Shown here: positions 35,287-44,072 of the stretch, piece by piece | Layout: every line of letters begins with the position of its first letter | Position numbering within the stretch: position 1 is the first letter of the stretch | NCBI GenBank assembly: GCA_036678685.1 | Contig: JAZIHH010000001.1 | Location: 81,614 to 145,613 of the forward strand | Origin: Bacillota bacterium | GTDB lineage: Bacteria > Bacillota > UBA4882 > UBA10575 | Length of the DNA stretch: 64,000 bases | Reading direction: 5' to 3' | Program-made: the position numbers and the translations under genes | The notes under the pieces: model-generated | Databases searched by the model: none | What the model was told of the DNA's origin: nothing | Seen by the model: the letters and a program-made list of their open reading frames with translations, nothing else

Positions 35287-36132
35287 TCAGCGTAAAAATC
35301 CCTTTCCCCGCTCCGGTTGACTTTTGCCACAAACCGGACAGGGTTTGACGGGAAAGGCCGGAACCGGATCCGGCCATACCTGGCAGTTGGTGCCAGTAAA
35401 CGGCGTCTTGGCATCCCAGACACAGCGGCGGTAAAAAAGGTGGTAGCCCTCAAAGGTTTGACATCCGTCGCTGATGCGTCCACAAGCAGTACACTGGTAA
35501 CATGGAAAGTGAAAGAGGCCTTTTTTTTTCATCCCCTCGTAACGGACTACGCCGCCGCAGGCCACACAGGTACTCCCGTCCAAATCCTCATACTTAATAT
35601 TACGCAACTGGATCCCTTCCGGGGTCAGGAAAAGCCGGGGTACCGTCGCCGGCAACACTTGTTCCTGCAAGAAATAGAAAAAAGGGGTGATCTTTAAGAC
35701 GTCTTCCGCCAATTCCGATTCAGAAAGGGGTTTTTGCAGCGGGTCCCAGGGGATGGAAGCCATAAGTAAAAGGATTAACACCCATACGACCAAAATTTTT
35801 AAACCGCCGAAGAGGGCCCCCGCCACGCCGTCAATAAAAAAAACCGAAGTGGCTCTGGTCATCTCCTGCCAGCGGGAACCCAAGTAAGCCATTATGGAGC
35901 TTATGCCGACAACCAGTATAATAAAAGCGATGATATTGCCCAGATTTTCTGAGATATTAAGCCATCCCGCCAGGGCGGTTCCCAGTTCGGGATAGTAACG
36001 AAAAGCCAGAACAAGAGCGAGAATTGAACCGAACAACCCGAAAAGCTGCTGAATAAAACCGGTTTTAAAACCGCGGTAAATAAAAATAAGCAGGGAGATA
36101 ATGATCGCCCAGTCCAAACCGTTCATTTTCAT
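35287..36132 (-). CDS. CvpA-family membrane protein fused to a C-terminal Cys-rich (zinc-ribbon-like) domain
   Basis: Trimmed to the ATG at 36132 (MKMNGLDWAIIISLLIFIYRGFKTGF...). It has four TM helices of CvpA type. The C-terminal ~95 aa carry CVAC..CYQCTAC..C..C..C..CPVC. Confidence 0.75.
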   Translation of the reverse strand: MKMNGLDWAIIISLLIFIYRGFKTGFIQQLFGLFGSILALVLAFRYYPELGTALAGWLNISENLGNIIAFIILVVGISSIMAYLGSRWQEMTRATSVFFIDGVAGALFGGLKILVVWVLILLLMASIPWDPLQKPLSESELAEDVLKITPFFYFLQEQVLPATVPRLFLTPEGIQLRNIKYEDLDGSTCVACGGVVRYEGMKKKGLFHFPCYQCTACGRISDGCQTFEGYHLFYRRCVWDAKTPFTGTNCQVWPDPVPAFPVKPCPVCGKSQPERGKGFLR

Positions 36133-36168
36133 TGTTGTTCCCCCTTGCTGCCGGGAAACCCTGAGCAA

Positions 36169-36459
36169 TTATTTTGCTTCTTGTAGTAATTTTTCCAATT
36201 TTTCATGTTCCATGCGAAGCTGTTGCAATTCGTCGGTTACTTGCAAGGCAACAAGGACAGCCAATTGGAGTTTTGATAACTTGGCGTCACCGTGCGCCTC
36301 AGAAACGGCATTAATTCTCCTTTCTATCTCCTTGATCAACCCGTCAATGTACTCGGGCGACTCGGAACCGATAATTGTATACTCCTCGCCCATTATTTTT
36401 ACGGTGACACGACTTTTCTCCTTTCCATCCTTTCTTCTGGTTACCAATTTCTCCACCAC
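36169..36459 (-). CDS. zapA: cell division protein ZapA
   Basis: 96 aa with SRVTVKIMGEEYTIIGSESPEYIDGLIKEIERRI followed by a coiled coil. The GTG start is uncertain. Confidence 0.8.
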   Translation of the reverse strand: MVEKLVTRRKDGKEKSRVTVKIMGEEYTIIGSESPEYIDGLIKEIERRINAVSEAHGDAKLSKLQLAVLVALQVTDELQQLRMEHEKLEKLLQEAK

Positions 36460-36627
36460 CTGCCGCCGGAATGATGAAAAACCCGGCGGCTTTATACATA
36501 TTAGCCAAAAAGAATTGATCTCCTGCTTCTCTTTTATGGGGTTTTATCTTTCTCAAAGATAAGGGCAAAATTCAAGCAGGCGGCGAAAAACCGGGGGCGG
36601 ATGTGCTCCATGGGGAAAAACCGGCTT

Positions 36628-37047
36628 TTACCGGGTAAGATATCTCCCGGCCAGACACCCGACGACACTGCCGGGGATACTTAATAAGACACAGACAACA
36701 CTTTTTTGCACCGCCAGAAGTTGTAGCCAACCGGTCTCCCGGACCAGGCCGCAGAAGGCGGGGAGAAGAATAACCAGCAGACAAAGGATCCCCGCGAGAA
36801 AAAGGGAAAAGAAGGTGATTTTTAAAGCCTTGGGGGTGGAAGAAGAAAAAACTCCCGTGACCAAACCGGACAGCAGCCCGCCGGCAACAGGTAACAAGCC
36901 GGTTATATTTTGAAAAAAACCGCCCCATAAATACCCGGGTAATACCGAGATGACAAAGAGGTTTCCGGCGATGACACCGGCGGCGGCCGCCAAAAAAAGG
37001 GACGGAAGGCTCCTCTTCTGCCGGTTCTTCCAGGGAAAAAACTTCAT
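36628..37047 (-). CDS. hypothetical 4-TM membrane protein, last gene of the ABC operon
   Basis: 139 aa, glycine-rich and hydrophobic. Its start overlaps the upstream stop by 4 nt. Confidence 0.6.
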   Translation of the reverse strand: MKFFPWKNRQKRSLPSLFLAAAAGVIAGNLFVISVLPGYLWGGFFQNITGLLPVAGGLLSGLVTGVFSSSTPKALKITFFSLFLAGILCLLVILLPAFCGLVRETGWLQLLAVQKSVVCVLLSIPGSVVGCLAGRYLTR

Positions 37048-37535
37048 GGCCCCTCTTCCACCTTGGAAAAAGTATGTCTCTTGAGAAATGAGTCTTTTAC
37101 GTATCCCGGAATTTCAAAATGACCAAACAACTCCACCCTCCAATGGTCAACCTCCGGACGCCCGTTCGGATCCCGGGCGGGAAGGGGAATCCGGACCGTC
37201 TCTGTGAAACCGCCGGCCGCACTGAAGGCCGGCGGATCCATCAGCCAGTCATAATTTTTGGCCCCCCGGTATTGACCGTCGGCAAAAACCACCACCCGTA
37301 AATAAGGCAGCCGGATCTCCAGCGGGGTCGCGGAGGTGAAAGCGACTGTAAACTCCAACTCCCGGCCGATCCGGCAGTCTTCGCTGACCTGCACGGTAAA
37401 GCTGTGCAACGCCTTGCTGACTTTCAGGTAATTTCCGGCCGTGGAAAAAAGCATGGCCAGCGAAGATAGCAAACCGGCCAGTAAGAAGATTTCCTTTGAG
37501 GCCCAAAAACCGCCTTTCATCCGCCGGTTCACCAT
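37044..37535 (-). CDS. hypothetical N-terminally anchored protein (beta-sandwich-like ectodomain)
   Basis: 163 aa with one TM helix followed by a beta-rich domain. It starts 3 nt after the ABC ATPase stop. Confidence 0.6.
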   Translation of the reverse strand: MVNRRMKGGFWASKEIFLLAGLLSSLAMLFSTAGNYLKVSKALHSFTVQVSEDCRIGRELEFTVAFTSATPLEIRLPYLRVVVFADGQYRGAKNYDWLMDPPAFSAAGGFTETVRIPLPARDPNGRPEVDHWRVELFGHFEIPGYVKDSFLKRHTFSKVEEGP

Positions 37536-37538
37536 CCC

Positions 37539-38537
37539 TCAGGCGCCGGGAAAATGGCACAAAACCTCATGCCCGGCGCCGGTTTTGACCACTTCCGGTT
37601 CTTTTTCCCGGCAAATCTCCACCGCCCGCGGACACCGCGGGTGCAGACGGCAGCCGGAAGGGATCTCCGCGGCGCTGGTGATTTCCCCTTTCATGCCCGG
37701 ATCGAGCCGGCGTTTTTCCGGGTTAGGAACCAAGACCGCCCGGATTAATGCCTGGGTATAGGGATGCATGGGGTTTTTAATGACCTCATCAACCGGGCCT
37801 TGCTCCACAATTTTCCCCAAATACATTACGGCGACGCGGTCACAAATATGCCGCGCGGTGGCCAGATCGTGGGTGATGTATAAAAAACTGACCCCGCGTT
37901 CCCTGGTTAAATTGAGCATCAGGTTCAGGATTCCACCGCGGATCGAAACGTCAAGCATGGAAACGGGTTCATCGGCCACGATAAACTCGGGGTTCAAGAT
38001 TAAAGCCCGGGCTATGGCCGCCCGTTGCCGCTGCCCGCCCGATAATTCATGGGGGTAACGGCCGGTATATTCCTCCACCGGTGTTAGATCCACTTCTTCC
38101 AATACTTTATATACCAATTCTTTTCTTTCCTTTTCCGCGGGGGCAACCCCCTGAATAAGCAACGGCTCGGCTACGATATCAAAGATGTTCATCCGCGGGT
38201 TCATCGCGTCATAGGGATCCTGAAAAACAATCTGGATCTTGCGCCGGAACGGTTTCATCTCCTGTTCGGTAAGAGCGGTAATATCCTCGCCCTGATAAAA
38301 GATCCGGCCGCCCGTGGGTTCCAGCAGTTTGATCATCACACGGCCGGTGGTGGTTTTCCCGGACCCGGATTCTCCAACCAAACCCAGGATTTCACCGGCT
38401 TTGATCTGCAGGGATATACCGTCTATTGCTTTCAGGATCGGTTTCCGCTTCCCTTTCCACCGCCCGAGCAGGGTTTGGCGTAAAGGAAAATGCTTGACCA
38501 AATTTTCAACGGCCATGACTACCTGCTTATCCTTCAT
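37539..38537 (-). CDS. Opp/Dpp-type ABC transporter ATP-binding protein (OppF-like)
   Basis: Trimmed to the ATG at 38537, which forms an ATGA overlap with the upstream stop. Motifs are GESGSGKTT, LSGGQRQR, and a C-terminal oligopeptide-ABC Cys motif CRLHPRCP. Confidence 0.9.
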   Translation of the reverse strand: MKDKQVVMAVENLVKHFPLRQTLLGRWKGKRKPILKAIDGISLQIKAGEILGLVGESGSGKTTTGRVMIKLLEPTGGRIFYQGEDITALTEQEMKPFRRKIQIVFQDPYDAMNPRMNIFDIVAEPLLIQGVAPAEKERKELVYKVLEEVDLTPVEEYTGRYPHELSGGQRQRAAIARALILNPEFIVADEPVSMLDVSIRGGILNLMLNLTRERGVSFLYITHDLATARHICDRVAVMYLGKIVEQGPVDEVIKNPMHPYTQALIRAVLVPNPEKRRLDPGMKGEITSAAEIPSGCRLHPRCPRAVEICREKEPEVVKTGAGHEVLCHFPGA

Positions 38538-39529
38538 TGTACCGCCTCCCATTCCAAGGCCCCGGCTTCCTCCGTCCGGTGACAAGCCACTACCCGGTTG
38601 CTCCCCGGCGTCACCGGTTTTAGCACCGGCTCCAACCGGCGGCAGGTTTCCACCGCCAACGGGCACCGGGGATGAAACCGGCAACCGGCAGGCGGTTCCA
38701 GCAGATTGGGAGCATAGCCGGGAATTGTTTTGATCGGCGAACGTTCGGCCGTAATATCCGGAAAAGCTTTTAAAAGACCCCTGGTATAGGGATGACGGGG
38801 TTCCTTATAAATCTCCACCGCTTCCCCGTATTCAACCAGTTTGCCGGCGTACATGACAGCGATCTCGTCACAAGTCTGGGCGATCACCGAAAGGTCGTGA
38901 CTGATCAGGATCATGGCCAGGCCGAATTTCTTTCTCAGGTTTTCCACGGCGGATAGAACCTGGGCCTGAACCATAACATCAAGGGCGGTGGTGGGTTCGT
39001 CGGCAATAACCAGGGTCGGATGACAGGCTAAAGCCATGGCGATCACCACCCGCTGTTTCATCCCGCCGCTGAACTCATGGGGATAATCATGGTAGCGGCC
39101 GGGATCAATCCCTACCATCGCCAAGAGTTCTTTCGTCCGGGCCACCGCCTCCTCTTTCGTGGTTTCCCCGGTGTTGACAATGGCTTCGGCAATCTGATCG
39201 CCGATGCGCAGCACTGGATTTAAGGCATTCATTGCGCCCTGGAATATAATGGATATCTTCTTCCAGCGTATATTCTTCCGGAATTCTTCTTCGCTCAGGG
39301 CCAGGATATCCACCCCGTCAAAAAAGATGGACCCGCCGGCGATCCGGCCGTTGGCCGGCAACAATCTAAGCAGGGTAGTAGCCATACTGGATTTTCCGCA
39401 CCCGGATTCACCGGCCAGCCCTAAAGCCCGGCCCGGTTCCAGGCGGAAACTGACATCGTCAACGGCTCTAACCTCTCCTCTTAATGTTTTATAATACATC
39501 TTCAGATTTTTTACTTCCAACAAGGCCAT
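38534..39529 (-). CDS. Opp/Dpp-type ABC transporter ATP-binding protein (OppD-like)
   Basis: 331 aa with GESGCGKSS, FSGGMKQR and CRFHPRCP. Confidence 0.9.
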   Translation of the reverse strand: MALLEVKNLKMYYKTLRGEVRAVDDVSFRLEPGRALGLAGESGCGKSSMATTLLRLLPANGRIAGGSIFFDGVDILALSEEEFRKNIRWKKISIIFQGAMNALNPVLRIGDQIAEAIVNTGETTKEEAVARTKELLAMVGIDPGRYHDYPHEFSGGMKQRVVIAMALACHPTLVIADEPTTALDVMVQAQVLSAVENLRKKFGLAMILISHDLSVIAQTCDEIAVMYAGKLVEYGEAVEIYKEPRHPYTRGLLKAFPDITAERSPIKTIPGYAPNLLEPPAGCRFHPRCPLAVETCRRLEPVLKPVTPGSNRVVACHRTEEAGALEWEAVQ

Positions 39530-39530
39530 A

Positions 39531-40931
39531 TCACGTTCTCTCCCTGTGCTTGGGATTTAAAATATCATCCACCGTATTGCCGATTAAAACAAAGGACAAA
39601 CTAAGCAAGGTGATCGAGAGTCCCGGCGGTAAAATCCACCACCAGGCCAACTCGGTAAAAGCGCCAAATCCCCTGGCGTTATGGAGCATTCTTCCCCACG
39701 TGGCGGTCATGGGATCGCCAAGACCCAGGAAACTTAAGGTCGCTTCATAAATGATCGCCACCGGAATCAACAACACCATGGAAGCGAAAACCAGGGGAAG
39801 TACATTGGGCAGGATATGCCGTAACATGATATAAACGTCGCTGGCCCCGGAAGCTCTCGCCACTTCGACAAAACTCCGTTCTTTTAAGGAAAGGGTTTGC
39901 GAGCGCACGATCCGGGCCGGTCCCATCCAGGTAAAGACGGCGACCAGAATCACAATGTTCCAGACACTCTTCCCCAAAAGCCCGGCCAGGATGATCAAAA
40001 TAGGCAAGGTTGGGATCGAAAGCATGACATCGGCCACCCGCATGAGAAACTCGTCCACCACCCCGCGAAGGTAACCGCTTAAAATCCCTACGCCTGTACC
40101 GATTACTACGGCGATGAAAGCGCTTAAGACACCGATCATCAAGGAGATCCGGGTGCCGTAAACCAGTTGGGACCAGAGATCGGACCCCAGGTGGTCCGCG
40201 CCTAACACCCCATGCAGGCGTCCGAGGATACGTAAGTTCAAATTCTGAACATCAATCCGTCCTTTTCCCGGCCCCAACCCGTCACCGGCAAAGGCCGCCG
40301 ACAGCTGCAGCCTGTACTCGCCGCTACCGGTGAAAATCTCGGTGGCCACCTCGGCAAAGGGACTCAATTGCAACCGGCGTTTAAGCATTTGGTCCCGGGA
40401 GTCGATGCGGACCGGGAGCCAGCTCCGGCTGCCTGTATATTCCCCGGACCACAGCTCAAAAACCTTTCCTTCCGGATTGATAATGCTTAAGGCAAGACGG
40501 CCGGTAAGATTTTCCGGCAGTTCCGGCTTAACCTGCATAGTCAAAATAAAGGTGCGCGGGGACTTCTGTTCATACAAAAACGCCTGTTCCAAAAGGATCT
40601 TCTCCTCTCCCCGCCCCTTTTCCTCGAGGAGAAAAGTGATAGTACTGTTCTCTTCCTCTTTGTGAAAAGTCGTCTTGATTCCCGGCCCGCCGGGGGTTTC
40701 CCACTCTTCCCTTGTGGTCATCAAGTCGACGGTGGTCGGCATCTCCCGGTATTTGGGGAGAATCCGCATCCAGACCGGCCGGGCCATCCGGTCCGCCAGG
40801 TACCGGTCATGTTGAGGATCATAGGAGGTGAGAAGCGGGGCAAAAACCGCAACTAACAAAAAGAACAAAAAGATAAAAAGGCCGGTCATTCCCTGCGGGC
40901 TTCGCCGGTAACGTTGCCAAAATTCTTTCAT
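39531..40931 (-). CDS. Opp/Dpp-type ABC permease (OppC-like) with a ~195-aa extracytoplasmic insertion after TM1
   Basis: 466 aa. It has TM1, then a long hydrophilic segment (residues ~42-238), then the canonical LGADHLGSDLWSQLVYGTRISL and permease core. Confidence 0.85.
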   Translation of the reverse strand: MKEFWQRYRRSPQGMTGLFIFLFFLLVAVFAPLLTSYDPQHDRYLADRMARPVWMRILPKYREMPTTVDLMTTREEWETPGGPGIKTTFHKEEENSTITFLLEEKGRGEEKILLEQAFLYEQKSPRTFILTMQVKPELPENLTGRLALSIINPEGKVFELWSGEYTGSRSWLPVRIDSRDQMLKRRLQLSPFAEVATEIFTGSGEYRLQLSAAFAGDGLGPGKGRIDVQNLNLRILGRLHGVLGADHLGSDLWSQLVYGTRISLMIGVLSAFIAVVIGTGVGILSGYLRGVVDEFLMRVADVMLSIPTLPILIILAGLLGKSVWNIVILVAVFTWMGPARIVRSQTLSLKERSFVEVARASGASDVYIMLRHILPNVLPLVFASMVLLIPVAIIYEATLSFLGLGDPMTATWGRMLHNARGFGAFTELAWWWILPPGLSITLLSLSFVLIGNTVDDILNPKHRERT

Positions 40932-41923
40932 CCCCTGTCACCTCCCTCGCCCACGCGGATCCGTGGGTCAACCCACCCGTAGGTAAGGTCGGCCATAAAA
41001 TTGCAAATCAAAACGGCCAGGGCAATCAAGTAAAAAGCACCTTGGGCCGCCGGATAATCCTGTTTCAAAACGGCATCCAGCAGATACCGTCCAATCCCGT
41101 ACCAGGAGAAAATGGTTTCCGTAACCACCGCGCCGCTGATCACGGACGGGAGTTGGAGGAAAAACAGGGTGACAATCGGCGGCAGGATGCTCCGGAAGGC
41201 ATGTCCGTAAAGAACCCGGTTTTTGGTTAACCCTTTGGCCTTGGCCGTGACAATATAATCCTGGGAAAGGGCGTCCAGCATGGCGTTTCTGGTGTAAAGC
41301 GCCCAGTAGCCGATATTAATAATTACCAGGCTGGTAACAGGTAAAATCAAGTGATAAATCCGGTCCAGGAGCAACGCCAAACCGCCCGGCGGGGGGGGTA
41401 CACTCATGGTCCCCCGGATGGGAAAGATGGGAAGGTAATATCCGAAGGCAAGCAACAACAGAAGTTGTAAAAAAAAGGCCGGTACCGCATAAGCAAAGAG
41501 TCCCGAACCGGTGACCAGGGCTTCCAGAAAAGACCCACGGCGCGAAGCGGCGAATACGCCGGTGATGATCCCCGTCCCCATGGTGATGAAGAGGGCCAGC
41601 CCTAAGAGGAGCAAAGAATTGGGGAGCCGGTCCATTATTTCTTGTTTCACCGGCAGCCTGGTGGAGAAAGAGTAACCGAAGTCAAAACGGAGCAGGTTGC
41701 GCATATACAACAGATACTGTTTTTCCAGGGGCTCATCCAGGCCGAACTGTTCCCGCAACAACAACTTGGCTTCCGGGGTCAGCTTCGGGTCCATAATGCT
41801 TCGTACCGGATCCCCCGGCATCAGCCGGAAGATTACAAAATTCAAGGAGAGGATGATAAAGAGGACGATAATCGTATAAATGGTTCTCCGCAGGATGTAG
41901 CTTCCGTAGCCCAAACCTTTCAC
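40928..41923 (-). CDS. Opp/Dpp-type ABC permease (OppB-like)
   Basis: 331 aa, starting ILRRTIYTIIVLFIILSLNFVIFRLMPGDP..., with an EAA-loop region. Confidence 0.9.
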   Translation of the reverse strand: MKGLGYGSYILRRTIYTIIVLFIILSLNFVIFRLMPGDPVRSIMDPKLTPEAKLLLREQFGLDEPLEKQYLLYMRNLLRFDFGYSFSTRLPVKQEIMDRLPNSLLLLGLALFITMGTGIITGVFAASRRGSFLEALVTGSGLFAYAVPAFFLQLLLLLAFGYYLPIFPIRGTMSVPPPPGGLALLLDRIYHLILPVTSLVIINIGYWALYTRNAMLDALSQDYIVTAKAKGLTKNRVLYGHAFRSILPPIVTLFFLQLPSVISGAVVTETIFSWYGIGRYLLDAVLKQDYPAAQGAFYLIALAVLICNFMADLTYGWVDPRIRVGEGGDRG

Positions 41924-42006
41924 CTCGCAAATAAGCGCCGCTGCGCCCCTTTAATGCGCAGCGGCGCAGCGGCGTTCGTCAACTTCCCTTCCTGTAATTT
42001 TCCTTC

Positions 42007-43689
42007 CTATTTCTTATCGTACCAGTAATCTTCAAACCGGACCAGGCGCACGTATTCACCGGGCACATATTCATCGAAGACATAAGGTCCGGTTCCGATC
42101 AACTGGGTCAGGCCCTCAACTTCCGGGTGGGGTTCGAGCCAGCACTGGAATTGCTGATAATCGTCGACCTTTTCGTAGATGTGCTTGGGAATCTGCGGCA
42201 GGTCGCTAATCTTAATCAAGTACCAGTAACTGATCTTGTCAAAGTAAACCTCCAGGGTGTACGGATCCGGTACATTGGTCCTGACCACATCCTGAACGTC
42301 ACTGTAATAAAGGGGTATCTTGTTGTCTTTGATGAATTTAATGGCGAAGGCCACATCTTCCGCGGTAAATTCGTGCCCGTCATGCCACTTGACCCCTTTC
42401 CGGAGCTTGAAGATGAGCTTCGTAGCCTCGCGGCCCGGCTCCGGTTCCCAGGTCTCAACCTTCCACTCCGTGGCCAGCCAGGGCACATTCTCCAGCGTCT
42501 CCGGATCGACTTCGATCAGGGGTTCCATCGCCCGGAAGAAGACTTCCGCCGCATAAGCACTGTTGTTGGTGAGGAAATTCAACGACTGGGGCTCTTCCGG
42601 CAACAGCCAGCGGATCTCCTCGCCCTCAAGAGGCCGGATCCCGATTTTCGTCCAGTTATTCCTGTACTGGGCGGCTCCGTAGCCGAGCATCGGCACATAG
42701 CCCGTTACTTTGTCGGTACGGAAAGCGTCCATGTACGGACGGGAGTACAAGGGGATATACGGCAATTCCTCGGCCAGGATCTGTTGGGCCTTGGAAGCAT
42801 ATTCCCGCGCCGTCTCTTCGTCCGGAGCGTAATAAATTCCTTCCAGCAGTTCATCCAGTTCCGGATTACGGATCCCGGGGTAATTGTAGCCGCCCTCTAC
42901 ATCCTGGGAGGAATGGAAGAAGTCATACAGGAAAGTGGGGATCCGTCCCAGACTCCAGGCGAGGGCATACAGGTCGAAATCATGCATATCGAGCCTGTCC
43001 AGCATGACCGGGAAATCCAAAGGTTCGTTTTTGATCGGAATGCCGATGCTTTGCGCCGCTTCCGCAATAATCTTGCCCAACTCGGCGGAGGTGGGCGCCA
43101 CTTCATAGGTGGGCGTCATAAAGATCATCTCCCGCAACGGTTTACCGGTCGCGGGGTTAATCCGGATACCCGTCGCCTCGTCCAAGACATAACCGGCCTC
43201 GTCCAGTATGGCTTGGGCCCGTTCCGGATCGTAGGCAAAAACCGGCGCCGTGTCGTCATGGTAAGGAGAAGACGGGGGAACAAAATGGGCCAGGGGGAGC
43301 ATGTAACCCTCAAACAAGGAATTGATAATCTCCTCCCTGTTCACCATATGGGCAATGGCCTGCCGTAAAACTTTGGCGTTTAGCGGGTCACGCCGCATGT
43401 TTATGCCCACATAAAAAAAGTGGAAGCCCAAATCCATCGTGATCTCAATATTTTCTTGATCCTTCAAGGCATTAATATCCGCCGCCCTGACCAGACCGGG
43501 ATAAATATGAATATCACCGCGTTGAATCGCGATCAACTGGGCTTCGGTATCCTTGATAATCGGCATCAGGATCACCCGGGCTTTTGTTTCCCGCTCTGCC
43601 GCGGGGCGGAAAAAGGCGAAAAAGACCGCGGCCGCTATGATAAGAACGGCCAACACAATACAGGCAATAAGTAACCCCTTCTTTTTCAA
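42007..43689 (-). CDS. family-5 (Opp/Dpp/Nik type) solute-binding protein with a circularly permuted domain order
   Basis: TTG start with an AAGGAGG RBS. There is an N-terminal hydrophobic anchor. The canonical N-terminal signature ([19 protein letters not shown] ... [26 protein letters not shown]) lies at the C-terminus of the ORF. Confidence 0.85.
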   Translation of the reverse strand: [560 protein letters not shown]

Positions 43690-44072
43690 GGCATTAACCT
43701 CCTTGCATATTAATTGATTTAACCCCGGTAACTTATAATAGCCTAGCTTATAAAAGCGTGTAATAGTGGAAAATTAATGTTTAATTAATGTTTGCTTTCC
43801 ACCCCCTTTTTTTAATAATTCCGGGTAATATTGGCAAGAAAATAAAATCTCCTTTCATTATTCGCCGGTGGTTGTTACTTTCCTGCAAAAAAATTATAAC
43901 TTATCAAGCCATAAACGTCATACTTATATGTGCAAGGTTGGGTGGAGCATTGAAAAAGCCGCAACGTTCCTGGGAAAAACTCGCGTGGGGCAGTCCTCCG
44001 CTACGGGCACGGGAAAGGATGACGGGAAGCAAGGAACGCCTCCCCGGGGCAAACGATGATTAACCTCCTTCG

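Noticed and set aside
42127-43368. 413-aa plus-strand ORF antisense to the solute-binding protein gene
   Set aside because: Same reasoning applies. There are no RBS or family features, and the minus strand carries a full-length SBP with recognisable motifs.
43690-44072. AT-rich 380-bp gap with listed ORFs 43788..44063 and 43868..44059, plus a second copy of AAGGAGGTTAAT right after the nitroreductase stop
   Set aside because: The listed plus-strand ORFs lack an RBS and have odd composition. The minus-strand RBS-like AAGGAGGTTAATC is followed by no ATG, GTG or TTG at proper spacing. The region is best read as the promoter/leader of the ABC operon.
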